Below are positions 19,061-28,446 of a stretch of DNA of 38,902 nt, piece by piece. The translations under genes were made by a program, and so were the position numbers. The stretch's first letter is position 1; each line of letters begins with the position of its first letter. The stretch spans positions 1 through 38,902 of the forward strand of contig JAMOSE010000140.1 of NCBI GenBank assembly GCA_027063215.1. The letters are read 5' to 3'. The notes under the pieces are model-generated. The model did no database searches. It was not told the origin of the DNA and saw only the letters and a list, made by a program, of their open reading frames with translations. The stretch comes from Sulfurimonas sp. GTDB lineage: Bacteria > Campylobacterota > Campylobacteria > Campylobacterales > Sulfurimonadaceae.

Positions 19061-20082
19061 TGAAACGTCTTCGCAAATATATTTTAACTAATTTTTCATC
19101 CCTCTTTATATCGATATTTTTACCTCTGTTCTCTATTGCATCGGTTATTTTTCTTATTAAACTGGCAGCTTATACTGCGATCATTCAACTTACTATCTTG
19201 GAAATGACGAAACTTTATATTTTCATTTTACCACAGATACTTTTTTACACATTACCAATTACTTTTTTTGTTGCAGCAACCCTTTCACTTTTCAAACTTT
19301 CCAATGATAATGAAATTATTGTCCTTTTTGCACTTGGGATTAAGCCTTTTTTCATTGTTCGAACATTTTTTCGACCGGCTCTCCTTTTAAGTTTTATTCT
19401 CTTTTTTAACTTTTTAATAATCGATCCACATGCAACAGTACTTTTTAAAAATTTTATCTCTTATAAAAAAAGTGAAGCAAAATTCAACCTCTCTGCAAGT
19501 GAATTTGGAAACAGTTTTGGAGACTGGCTTTTATACCTTGGAAAGAAAAATCAGGATGGAAGTTTTGAAAAAGTTTTTTTATTTAATAAAAAACAAAAAG
19601 AGGAAATTTTAATTGCTGCAAAAAAAGCAATAGTTATTAATGATGCAGGTATTTTGAGACTAAAATTAACAGATGGTCAAGGATACAGCTATTCGACTGA
19701 AAAGTTTTCACAAATTGACTTTACAACAATGCTTATCAACGATACCATGAAAACAGATCTCATAAACTATAAAAAACCCCTTGAATATTGGCTTAGTAAA
19801 GAGGGATGGGATGGAAGAAAAAAACATCTCTTTATAAGAAATACATTAATGAGTCTTTTTCCACTTGTTACACTCTTCTTAATTGTAACTTTTGGCGTTG
19901 TACAGGTACGTCATCAAAAATCTAAGATATATCTTTTCTTGTTTTTAACAATTTTACTCTACTACTCAACTCTTTTAACAGTTGAAAAGTATTTTGGTTT
20001 TTACACCATTGCAGTAATATCTATCGGATGGTTCATTACAAGCTATCTACTTTATCGACGTATAATTGTAAGAAAATTTTGA
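19060..20082 (+). CDS. LptF/LptG family LPS export permease
   Basis: Three N-terminal TM segments with LSNDNEIIVLFALG, a beta-rich periplasmic region and three C-terminal TM segments. Confidence 0.85.
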   Translation: MKRLRKYILTNFSSLFISIFLPLFSIASVIFLIKLAAYTAIIQLTILEMTKLYIFILPQILFYTLPITFFVAATLSLFKLSNDNEIIVLFALGIKPFFIVRTFFRPALLLSFILFFNFLIIDPHATVLFKNFISYKKSEAKFNLSASEFGNSFGDWLLYLGKKNQDGSFEKVFLFNKKQKEEILIAAKKAIVINDAGILRLKLTDGQGYSYSTEKFSQIDFTTMLINDTMKTDLINYKKPLEYWLSKEGWDGRKKHLFIRNTLMSLFPLVTLFLIVTFGVVQVRHQKSKIYLFLFLTILLYYSTLLTVEKYFGFYTIAVISIGWFITSYLLYRRIIVRKF

Positions 20083-20792
20083 TGAGAGTTGCAGTTACAC
20101 TGGCCTATAATGGCACACATTATTATGGTTCTCAAATTCAAAAAGATATTTCACCTACTATTTTTGGCGTCTTTGAAGCTACACTTTTACGACTCGGAAT
20201 TGATCAAAGAGTCGTAGTTAGCGGACGAACAGATAAAGGAGTTCATGCTACAGGACAAGTGTGTCACTTTGATTTACCACCTTACTGGAATGATATAGAA
20301 AAACTCAAACGGGTTTTAAACTTTATGCTCCCCTCCTCTATTCGTGTTGTTCATATCAAAATCGTAAGCAGTGATTTTCATGCACGCTATTCAACAAAGA
20401 AGCGTGTCTATCGCTATATCTTAAAAGACAGCCCACTTACACCTTTTGAAGCCGACTTCATTACATACTGGCCAAACAAAATAGATCTGCCTATGGTTCA
20501 ACACAAAATAAAGCTTTTTATCGGGGAGCATGACTTTAAAAACTTTAAAAAAAACGGAAGTGATGAAAATACTACGCAAAGAATAATCTACAAAGCATTT
20601 GCATATAAGCATAAAGGGTATATAATACTCAACTTTGAAGCCAATGGCTTTTTACGAAGTCAAATTCGTATGATGGTTGGCTCACTCTTAAAACTGAGTA
20701 AAACAGAAATTTTAGAAAAATTAAATGATACAAACCATAAAATAGATCCAGCCCCGCCAAACGGGCTTTATCTTGCCAAAATAAAATATTAA
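20082..20792 (+). CDS. truA: tRNA pseudouridine(38-40) synthase
   Basis: AYNGTHYYGSQ, SGRTDKGVHATGQ, FHARYS, FLRSQIRMMVG and APPNGLYL. Start reassigned to ATG 20082 (TGATG overlap). Confidence 0.96.
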   Translation: MRVAVTLAYNGTHYYGSQIQKDISPTIFGVFEATLLRLGIDQRVVVSGRTDKGVHATGQVCHFDLPPYWNDIEKLKRVLNFMLPSSIRVVHIKIVSSDFHARYSTKKRVYRYILKDSPLTPFEADFITYWPNKIDLPMVQHKIKLFIGEHDFKNFKKNGSDENTTQRIIYKAFAYKHKGYIILNFEANGFLRSQIRMMVGSLLKLSKTEILEKLNDTNHKIDPAPPNGLYLAKIKY

Positions 20793-20801
20793 AGGATAGC
20801 T

Positions 20802-21278
20802 ATGTTTGAAGATGTAAAGATGCCAGAAGGGATGAGTGCTGAAGCACTAGAACACCTGATGTATCCAAAAAACTATGGAAAACTTGAAGATGCTGATGGA
20901 ATTGGTGTTGCTCTTGATGAGAAAACAAAAGAGTATGTCATCTTTTATACAAAACTTGATAACGATATCATCAAAGATGTAAAATTTGCAACAAACGGAT
21001 GTCAAGATACTGTAGTGATTGGCTCTATGTTCACAGAGATGATAAAAAATAATGATACGGAGTATGCTCAAAAAGCTATAGCAAAGATGCATGATAAACT
21101 TGGAAAACTGACTCCGCAGCAACAGGTCTGTGCAGATATTGTCTTTACTGCTTTTATTGCATCACTTAAAAATTTTGAAAATAAACTTGGCGGTTTAGAT
21201 GAAGAGTTGCACTTACTTAAAATGAAAGAGAGCTGTGAAGTACCACAGAATAATGAGGGAGAAAAAAATGATAGATAA
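20802..21278 (+). CDS. Divergent IscU/NifU-N-like Fe-S scaffold family protein
   Basis: EHLMYPKNYG, KDVKFATNGC, GSMFTEMIK and QQVCA match the IscU fold pattern; the first Cys motif (CGD) is absent. SD AAGGA. Confidence 0.75.
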   Translation: MFEDVKMPEGMSAEALEHLMYPKNYGKLEDADGIGVALDEKTKEYVIFYTKLDNDIIKDVKFATNGCQDTVVIGSMFTEMIKNNDTEYAQKAIAKMHDKLGKLTPQQQVCADIVFTAFIASLKNFENKLGGLDEELHLLKMKESCEVPQNNEGEKNDR

Positions 21279-22077
21279 AACATACCAAAAGAAACATGAA
21301 CTCTGGTTAAGCATACTGTTTGCATCATTTGCCATAGAAGATGAAACTATAAAATCTCGTCTCTATGACTTTTCACAAATTGCATTTCGTCATATGAAAT
21401 GGCTTGGCAAAGAGATCTTACAAAATGGTAATGATTATAATTATGATCGAGATATGCTACTGCTAAAGAGAGAAGATTCTTTTGAAATTCTCCATGCACT
21501 TACACAAGAGATTAACGATATTCAAAATATCTACCCTCAAAATGCACTTGGATCAAGAATGAAGACAGATGACAACTATCTTCTTTCATACATAGATGAG
21601 ATCTTAAATGATGAACGTAACAACAAAAAAATCACAGCTTTTAATATGCAAAGAGAGTGGGAAGATCTTGATCAAGCACAAATCGATGCATTAACACTCT
21701 TTTTATTTGATGAATCATATAAAGAGTATGAGCTTATTCTTATCTACGCTTATATGCAAGCACGAACAAAAGATCTTTTACAATTTGATATCTATCAGGA
21801 TCTTATCGATGAGTCCCATTTTCATCTTAAATCTTTTGGAAATATGATGGCAAAACTCGGTATTTTGGCTCTTCCTAGACAACTCCATGAGATGACCTAT
21901 ATTGTCAAAGATCATGATCAGTTTATCAAAGATGGCATTGATGAGGAGATAGCAGCAAAAGAGATGTGTAAAGCACTCAGTGATGCCATTAAAGATGAAA
22001 AACTTTCAAAATTTTTCGACTTTATCAACTATCAGGAAAACTATCATATTGAACTGATGAAAAAGCTTCTCAAATAA
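21268..22077 (+). CDS. Ferritin-like superfamily protein, probably two tandem four-helix bundles
   Basis: C-terminal half has KEYE, DESHFH, DEEIAA and QENYH spaced like di-iron ligands; the N-terminal half looks like a degenerate copy. Start placed at ATG 21268 after GAGGGAG. Confidence 0.65.
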   Translation: MIDKTYQKKHELWLSILFASFAIEDETIKSRLYDFSQIAFRHMKWLGKEILQNGNDYNYDRDMLLLKREDSFEILHALTQEINDIQNIYPQNALGSRMKTDDNYLLSYIDEILNDERNNKKITAFNMQREWEDLDQAQIDALTLFLFDESYKEYELILIYAYMQARTKDLLQFDIYQDLIDESHFHLKSFGNMMAKLGILALPRQLHEMTYIVKDHDQFIKDGIDEEIAAKEMCKALSDAIKDEKLSKFFDFINYQENYHIELMKKLLK

Positions 22078-22095
22078 AAAACTCTTGAGAAGCTT
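22063..22095. terminator. Bidirectional terminator candidate at a convergent gene junction
   Basis: Perfect 11-bp inverted repeat AAGCTTCTCAA (22063-22073) / TTGAGAAGCTT (22085-22095) spanning the ends of both convergent genes. Confidence 0.6.
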
Positions 22096-22993
22096 ATATT
22101 GTCATCTTACAACAAACCCTATTGCGACCAGTCTCTTTAGCTTCATAAAGTGCATCATCTGCTCTTTTTAAAGCAAGTTCAATATTATATTCATTTTCTA
22201 AATTTACTTGTGACACACCAAGGCTTACAGTAAATTTTAGATCTTTATTTGACGAGGTGTTTATAGTAAGTGCCTCTATATCTTCTCTGATTTTTTGAGC
22301 TAAAACATTTGCTCCATTGATGGAAGTATTAGGAAGTAATATTACAAATTCTTCACCACCATATCGACAGCAAATATCACTTTTTCTTTGGTGTTCTAAA
22401 AGTTTATTTGATAAAGCTATAATCACATCATCACCTACTTTGTGCCCATAAGTATCATTTACATTTTTAAACTTATCAATATCAAGCATAATTACTGATA
22501 AATTTTTCTTCTCTCTTTTCATTAGATCTAAAGTATGTTCTGATATTTGAGTAAAATATCTTCTGTTATATAGCTTGGTCATAGGATCAGTTGATGCTAA
22601 AATTTTCAATTCCTCCATCATCTCATGATATTTCAACTCTTTTTTTACCCTTGAAAGCAACTCTTTTGGTCTAAATGGTTTTGTAACATAATCTGTTCCA
22701 CCTAAATCATAAGCTTTTTCTATACTATTCTCATCTGCTTTTGCAGTTATAAATATAATAGGAATATCTTTTGTTCTTTCATCTGCTTTTAATTTTTTAC
22801 ACACCTCATATCCATTCATATTTGGCATCATAATATCAAGTAATATCAGATCTATTTTTTTTTCTTCTTCTACAATTTTTAATGCATCTACCCCCGATAT
22901 TGTAGCTATTACATCATATTGTTCCAAAAGTTCTTCTAATATATCTAAGTTTGTTGCTGTATCATCTACTGCTAAAATTGTTTTAATTGTCAT
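22094..22993 (-). CDS. Response regulator-diguanylate cyclase (REC-GGDEF)
   Basis: REC domain (AVDD, LLDIMMP, TKPF); GGDEF domain (TDPMT, DIDKFKNVND.YGH..GD, I-site RKSD, active site YGGEEF). Confidence 0.95.
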   Translation of the reverse strand: MTIKTILAVDDTATNLDILEELLEQYDVIATISGVDALKIVEEEKKIDLILLDIMMPNMNGYEVCKKLKADERTKDIPIIFITAKADENSIEKAYDLGGTDYVTKPFRPKELLSRVKKELKYHEMMEELKILASTDPMTKLYNRRYFTQISEHTLDLMKREKKNLSVIMLDIDKFKNVNDTYGHKVGDDVIIALSNKLLEHQRKSDICCRYGGEEFVILLPNTSINGANVLAQKIREDIEALTINTSSNKDLKFTVSLGVSQVNLENEYNIELALKRADDALYEAKETGRNRVCCKMTI

Positions 22994-25900
22994 TTTTATT
23001 CTCTATAAATTTTATTGCTTTTTCTATTTTATACTCTTTTACGAAGTCTTTTATTTGATTAAAAAGTTTTTCATATTTTGTATCTAATTTATATTTTTCT
23101 ATCTCTTGAATAATAGGTTTATATTGTTTTGATCGTCTGGAAATAAGAGCATCTTTTAGTTTAGAAAATAATTCAACTTTTTTTTCATCTTCAAGTGCCA
23201 ACAATTCAATATTGAAATTTCTATCTCTATTGAAATCTAAATCTTTTAACTCCTCTAAGACTATATCTAACTCTTTATAAAATTTAGGTAATAAATCTCT
23301 ATCTAAAGTATCCTCTAATTCCATAGCAATCCTATTTAACGCAACTGCTCCTGTATTTGCAGATAATCCTTTAATGGTATGAACTACTCTTTCTAGCTCT
23401 TTATCATCTAGGCCTTCAAGTCTTAAATCTTTATGGTTAGTATAAAAATCATTGAGTATTTTAAGATATAATTTTTTATTATTTGCCATATGAGAAAGTC
23501 CAATTTTTGTATCTATATTTATAAAATTTGGTAACTCTATATCTTCTTTTTGTTCACTAGTTTGATTTAAAATTTCTACTTTCTTTGATATATTTTTTAA
23601 AAGGATAGAAAATAATTTATCTATTTCAATAGGCTTACTTAAATGATCATTCATACCTGCATTTTTTGTTGCTATTTTATCCTCTTTCATGGCATTTGCA
23701 GTGAGTGCTATGATTGGAATATCTTGATTTAGCTTTCTGATTATTTTAGTAGCTTCTATACCATCCATTATAGGCATTTGCATATCCATCAAGATAAGTT
23801 CGTATTTACTTTCATTGATTTTATACAAATCTACAGCTTCTTCTCCATTATTGGCTATATCAATATTTATCTTGCTATTTTCCAAAAGTCCTTTTATAAT
23901 CTCTTGATTTGTAAGGTTATCTTCCACTAATAATATATTACTGCCTTGTAAAGTAGAAATTTGATCTAAATTTATATCTTCTTTTTTGATTATTTTATCT
24001 ATATCCCCTTTTGGGAGTTCTATCTCAAATATAAATCGACTTCCAACATCAACTTTACTCTCTACCCATATTTTACCATTCATAAGTTCTACTAATTGTT
24101 TTGAGATAGAAAGTCCAAGTCCTGTACCACCATATTTTCTAGTAGTAGATCCATCTGCTTGCATGAAACTTTGAAATAATTTATCTATATGTTCTTTGCT
24201 TAATCCTATACCTGTATCCGATACTATAAATCTTACTTTATTATCATTTTGTCTTTGTACATCTAATTCTATTTTGCCTGCTTGAGTAAATTTCACAGCA
24301 TTTCCAAGTAGATTTATAAGTATTTGTGTGATTCTTAAAGGATCTCCAAAACATATATTATTTAATGAACAGTTGTGTTTTATATGAAAATCCAAATCTT
24401 TTTTATCTGTTTTTATTTTAATTATACTTTTAATATTGGCAAATAACTCCTTTATACTAAAATCTTCTTTTTCAATAGTTAATTTTCCAGCTTCTATTTT
24501 AGAGAAATCTAATATATCATTTATAATATTCAAAAGATTCTTAGCACTACTATCTATTCGAGTTAAATAATGTTTTTGCTTTTCATTTAAAGTAGTTTGT
24601 AAAGCTAGATAAGTCATTCCTGTTATTCCATTCATAGGAGTTCTTATCTCATGTGACATATTTGCTAAAAATATTGATTTTAATTTTGTAGCCTCTTCTG
24701 CTTTCTCTTTCAATACAATCAGTGCTTGTTCTTTCTCTTTTAACGCATTTATATCTGTAATTATCCATAGTACATCACTTTCATTGATATGTTCACCTGA
24801 AAATTTAGCCCAAAACAAACTTCCATCTTTTCTTTTAAACTGATATGCAATATTTGCAGGCTTACCTTGTTTTGCCTGTTTAAAAGCGATCTGTCCAAAC
24901 TTTTTATAAGATTTTTCTGAGATATGAAAAAATTGTGCATTTTTCCCTATCATCTCTTCTCTTGTATATCCCCACATTTTGGCTAATTTTGTATTGATAT
25001 CTTTTACAACTCTATTTTTATCTACAAGTAGTATCCCAATACCATTATTGTTATAAAATCTGTTTAAATATGTTGTTTTCTCTTTCAACTCTTTTGTTCT
25101 TTTTTCTATCATTTTCTCAAGATTTTGCTTTGTAAGCATAAGTTCTTTTTGAATAGATTTTCTTTTGTAATTCAATATAAAAAGTAAAATAATAATAAGT
25201 GTTAAAAATAAACCTATTAATATACTAACTTTATATTTTTCATAAAAAGAACTTGGCTTATTGATAATAATTTCATTTTTTAATACATTATCAAATTTTA
25301 TATTATATTTATTTAGACCTTTATAGTTATAGATACCCTTTGTTGCTCCATCTTTCATAACAGGTATTAAAGATATTTTAGTGCCAGATAAAATTTTTTT
25401 TGCTATTTTAGCCATAGCCTTACCTTGATAATATCCACCTATTACATCACCACCTATCACATCACCTTTTATATTAAATTTAAGCAGACAAAATACAGGC
25501 ACATCGGAACTTGAAGATATAAGAGTTCCCACTTTTTCATAAGTAAAATATTTACAATTTTTATCTTTAAAATATACTCCAAGCAAGACTATAGAGTCTT
25601 TATCTAAAGTGTGAACTTTTTGTTGTAGTTGCTTCATAGAGAGGTTTTCATTGTAGGTGATTTCAATATTTTCATACTCTTTGAGTTGCTCTTTTATAGT
25701 TTTTTCCCAAGCTCTTCCTGTAGTGAGATAATCATTTATAATATATATTTTTTTAGTTTTAGGTAAAAGTTTAAGTGCGGTTTTAACAGTATTTTTAGCA
25801 TTAAAATTTTCAGCCACTCCTGTATAGTTAGATAAACCAGCTAGATCACTGTCTTTAAAAAAGTTTACTCCACAAAAAACAGTTGGAATATTACCAAATA

Positions 25901-26237
25901 GTTTATCTCTATTTTTTCTTAGAAAATTAAAAGCATTATTATCACTTGATAAAATAATATCAAATTTCACATCTTTGTACTTTATAAAATATAGTTGTTT
26001 TAATTGTTCAAGATACTTTTTTGTAAACACTCTTTTTGTATCCATATACTCAGTATGTAAAATATATCCATTTTTAGATGGTTGCAAAATATCTACAACA
26101 GCTTTATCAATATTTGTTTCCCATGTCATAGCTTTATTATATGAGTGCAATACCAATATATGTTTAGTATTGTTATTTGCAACTACAGCAGTAACAAGAA
26201 ACAGTACTATTAAAATTATCTTTTTTATCAATTTCAT
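22983..26237 (-). CDS. Hybrid sensor histidine kinase (periplasmic substrate-binding-like sensor, TM, PAS, HisKA, HATPase, REC, Hpt)
   Basis: Signal/TM N-terminus, FLANMSHEIRTPMNG, NLLGNAVKFT, DTGIG, GGTGLGL, REC LMDMQMP and Hpt VHTIKGLSANTG. The stop overlaps the DGC start. Confidence 0.95.
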   Translation of the reverse strand: MKLIKKIILIVLFLVTAVVANNNTKHILVLHSYNKAMTWETNIDKAVVDILQPSKNGYILHTEYMDTKRVFTKKYLEQLKQLYFIKYKDVKFDIILSSDNNAFNFLRKNRDKLFGNIPTVFCGVNFFKDSDLAGLSNYTGVAENFNAKNTVKTALKLLPKTKKIYIINDYLTTGRAWEKTIKEQLKEYENIEITYNENLSMKQLQQKVHTLDKDSIVLLGVYFKDKNCKYFTYEKVGTLISSSSDVPVFCLLKFNIKGDVIGGDVIGGYYQGKAMAKIAKKILSGTKISLIPVMKDGATKGIYNYKGLNKYNIKFDNVLKNEIIINKPSSFYEKYKVSILIGLFLTLIIILLFILNYKRKSIQKELMLTKQNLEKMIEKRTKELKEKTTYLNRFYNNNGIGILLVDKNRVVKDINTKLAKMWGYTREEMIGKNAQFFHISEKSYKKFGQIAFKQAKQGKPANIAYQFKRKDGSLFWAKFSGEHINESDVLWIITDINALKEKEQALIVLKEKAEEATKLKSIFLANMSHEIRTPMNGITGMTYLALQTTLNEKQKHYLTRIDSSAKNLLNIINDILDFSKIEAGKLTIEKEDFSIKELFANIKSIIKIKTDKKDLDFHIKHNCSLNNICFGDPLRITQILINLLGNAVKFTQAGKIELDVQRQNDNKVRFIVSDTGIGLSKEHIDKLFQSFMQADGSTTRKYGGTGLGLSISKQLVELMNGKIWVESKVDVGSRFIFEIELPKGDIDKIIKKEDINLDQISTLQGSNILLVEDNLTNQEIIKGLLENSKINIDIANNGEEAVDLYKINESKYELILMDMQMPIMDGIEATKIIRKLNQDIPIIALTANAMKEDKIATKNAGMNDHLSKPIEIDKLFSILLKNISKKVEILNQTSEQKEDIELPNFINIDTKIGLSHMANNKKLYLKILNDFYTNHKDLRLEGLDDKELERVVHTIKGLSANTGAVALNRIAMELEDTLDRDLLPKFYKELDIVLEELKDLDFNRDRNFNIELLALEDEKKVELFSKLKDALISRRSKQYKPIIQEIEKYKLDTKYEKLFNQIKDFVKEYKIEKAIKFIENKNDN

Positions 26238-26530
26238 ACCTTTATAAGCACCCCATAAACAGGCACTTGTAAGTATAATTTTTTACCGCAAACAACTATA
26301 CAAAGATGAATTTATGCGTTATATTGCCATTTGACAGCAAACTAATGCATAGCCATAACTCATAAAAAGGTGAGATGTGAAGTAGCTATCAGGAAAACTT
26401 TATTAGTAAAGTCGAATGATAGATGTATAAGTGCCAGACCAAATTAGACAACAAGCCAACTTGCTCTATTAAGCAAAAAAGCCATACTCAAAGACTTTAC
26501 CCAACAGGTGTAACTTTTCCAAAACGAGAG
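26238..26530. ncRNA. Candidate structured 5' leader/ncRNA (or recombination-site remnant) upstream of the hybrid kinase
   Basis: At least four local hairpins plus a 10-bp long-range pairing (26262-26271 with 26426-26435), downstream of a minus-strand TATAAT. Family not recognised. Confidence 0.35.
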
Positions 26531-26531
26531 A

Positions 26532-26537
26532 ATTATA
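26532..26537 (-). promoter_or_regulatory. -10 box (TATAAT) predicting a start site near 26526
   Basis: Minus strand reads TTTAATGTAGTTTGCAC-TATAAT-TCTCTCG, with an AT-rich upstream region typical of this lineage. Confidence 0.55.
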
Positions 26538-26595
26538 GTGCAAACTACATTAAATTTCAAACTACCATCAACAAATGAGAAATTAACATCAAAAT

Positions 26596-26621
26596 GAGGA
26601 TTTAAGCTCTTTATCATCCTC
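26596..26621 (-). terminator. Possible terminator after the HIT gene
   Basis: GAGGAT...ATCCTC stem followed by ATTTTG on the minus strand; weak U-tract. Confidence 0.35.
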
Positions 26622-26646
26622 TTGGATCTGAGATTTAAGAGGTATT

Positions 26647-27138
26647 TTAAAGATATTTTGGAAGTAACTCTTTTATCTTTTTATAGATTTTTTCAAAATC
26701 TGTAGAATATACCCGCGTATGACCTATGGAAGTGATAAAATTCGTGTCACGCTCCCATCTTGGTACCAGATGCATATGAATATGCTCTGCTATACCAGCA
26801 CCTGCAGCAGCACCAAGATTCATTCCAATATTCACCCCTTTTGCATGTAAACCCTCTTTTAACAATGCCACCCCTTTTTGTGCCAAAGCAGACATATGTA
26901 ACCATGTTTCACTTGGCAATGCTTCGAGTTTGTCTGTATGAATATTTGGAATAATCATAAAGTGACCTGGTGTATAAGGGTATTTATTCATTACCATAAA
27001 ACAATATTCATCACGATAGAGTACATGCAGTTTTGCATCATCTTCAGTATGAGAAACAATATGGCAAAAAACACAGCCCTCTATCTTTTGCTCAGTAACA
27101 TATTCATCCCGCCATGGAGCATATAAAACATCATTCAT
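26647..27138 (-). CDS. HIT-family nucleotide hydrolase (Ap4A phosphorylase-like)
   Basis: LYAPWR, CVFC, NKYPYTPGH, GMNLG.AAGAGI and the histidine triad HIHMH. Confidence 0.92.
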   Translation of the reverse strand: MNDVLYAPWRDEYVTEQKIEGCVFCHIVSHTEDDAKLHVLYRDEYCFMVMNKYPYTPGHFMIIPNIHTDKLEALPSETWLHMSALAQKGVALLKEGLHAKGVNIGMNLGAAAGAGIAEHIHMHLVPRWERDTNFITSIGHTRVYSTDFEKIYKKIKELLPKYL

Positions 27139-27150
27139 AATAATCCCTTC

Positions 27151-28446
27151 TTAAATAAATGCAAAAACTAAATCAGGAAAGAGTATCACAAGGCCCAATC
27201 CTAAAAGCTGTAATAATATAAAAGGAACAATGCCTTTATAAATATCTATGGTCTTCAAACTTTTTCCTGCTGCTCCTTTTAAAAAAAAGAGCGACAAGCC
27301 AAAAGGTGGCGTGAGAAATGAAGCTTGCAGATTCATAGCAATAAGTACGCCAAACCAAATAGGATCAATACCAAAAGCCTCCATAACAGGTACTAAAATA
27401 GGAACAATTATAAAACTGATCTCTATAAAATCAATAAAAAATCCAAGAATAAAAATTGCCAACATTGAAACACCGATAAAAACCCAAACATCCCCAATAT
27501 CATGAGAGAAAAAATCCAAAATCAGATCAGTTCCACCAAGTTCATTAAAAACAAGACTAAAGGCAGTTGCTCCAATTAAGATCATAAAAATCATACCAGA
27601 AAGCTTCATTGTCTCAAACAATGCATACTTTATCATCTCAAAATTAAGCGTTTTGTTAAATACAGAAAGCAAAATTCCCCCAACTACACCAAAAGCTGCT
27701 GATTCAGTTGGAGAAGCTATCCCCGCAAAAATACTGCCCAAAACTGTAATCATTAAGAGCAGTGGAGGAACAATAGCAAAGATAACAGATAAAAAACTGA
27801 CTTTTTGATCACTTACAATGGCCGGAGCATCCTCCTTGTTCAAAAATGCCCGAATTAAAATATAACTTATATAAAGAGCAACAAGTGTAACACCAGGAAG
27901 TACAGCTCCCATAAACAGCTCTCCGACACTGACACTCATTACATCACCAAGAACAATCAGAATAATAGAAGGTGGAATAATCTGCCCCAATGTTCCACTC
28001 GCAGCTATTGTTCCACCGGCTAAACCTTTGTTGTATCCTGCTTGTAGCATTAAAGGAAGTGCAATAACACTCATCATAACAACACTTGCTGAAACAATAC
28101 CGGTAGAAGCCGCCAAAATAGCACCAACAAGTACAACACTCACACCCAATCCACCACGAACACCTTTAAAAAGTGAACTCATTGAGATTAAAAGTTTTTC
28201 TGCCATTTGTGACTTCTCTAAAATAAGCCCCATCATTATAAAAAGTGGTACAGCCATCAGTGTTGTATTACTCATTATTCCATAAATACGAAATGGTAAT
28301 ATATTAAAAACTTCAAAACCGATATCAGGTGTAAAAAATGCAAACATCATTGCAACACCACCAAATGCAAAAGCAACAGGGACGCCAAAGAGTAAAAGAA
28401 GCAACGCTATCAAAAACATCACAAGTGCTATCATAAAGCTCTCCAT
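27151..28446 (-). CDS. TRAP transporter large permease (DctM)
   Basis: About 12 TM segments; AVPLFIMMG, ASGTLGQIIPPS, ASPTESAA and SFLTPPFG motifs. Confidence 0.93.
   Translation of the reverse strand: MESFMIALVMFLIALLLLLFGVPVAFAFGGVAMMFAFFTPDIGFEVFNILPFRIYGIMSNTTLMAVPLFIMMGLILEKSQMAEKLLISMSSLFKGVRGGLGVSVVLVGAILAASTGIVSASVVMMSVIALPLMLQAGYNKGLAGGTIAASGTLGQIIPPSIILIVLGDVMSVSVGELFMGAVLPGVTLVALYISYILIRAFLNKEDAPAIVSDQKVSFLSVIFAIVPPLLLMITVLGSIFAGIASPTESAAFGVVGGILLSVFNKTLNFEMIKYALFETMKLSGMIFMILIGATAFSLVFNELGGTDLILDFFSHDIGDVWVFIGVSMLAIFILGFFIDFIEISFIIVPILVPVMEAFGIDPIWFGVLIAMNLQASFLTPPFGLSLFFLKGAAGKSLKTIDIYKGIVPFILLQLLGLGLVILFPDLVFAFI

Noticed and set aside
20028-20081. N-terminal extension of truA in the ORF track (likewise 21235-21267 for the ferritin-like gene and 37140-37184 for murJ)
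   Set aside because: Family-typical N-termini, stop/start overlaps or SD and promoter positions favour the downstream ATGs.
26246-26254. GGGGTGCTT on the - strand resembling the start of a TPP riboswitch
   Set aside because: No following CTGAGA or ACCTGAT motifs; it runs straight into the SD and ATG of the kinase.
26469-26522. 17-codon ORF (TTG; LEKLHLLGKVFEYGFFA) at the start of the kinase leader
   Set aside because: No SD, weak start codon, no run of regulatory codons, and a length expected by chance.
26238-26530. Known c-di-GMP-I (GEMM) riboswitch, 6S RNA, RNase P, tmRNA or tRNA in the kinase leader
   Set aside because: No GGCAAA...GAAA...GACGCAAA pattern or other family signature could be matched by eye; kept only as an unassigned candidate.
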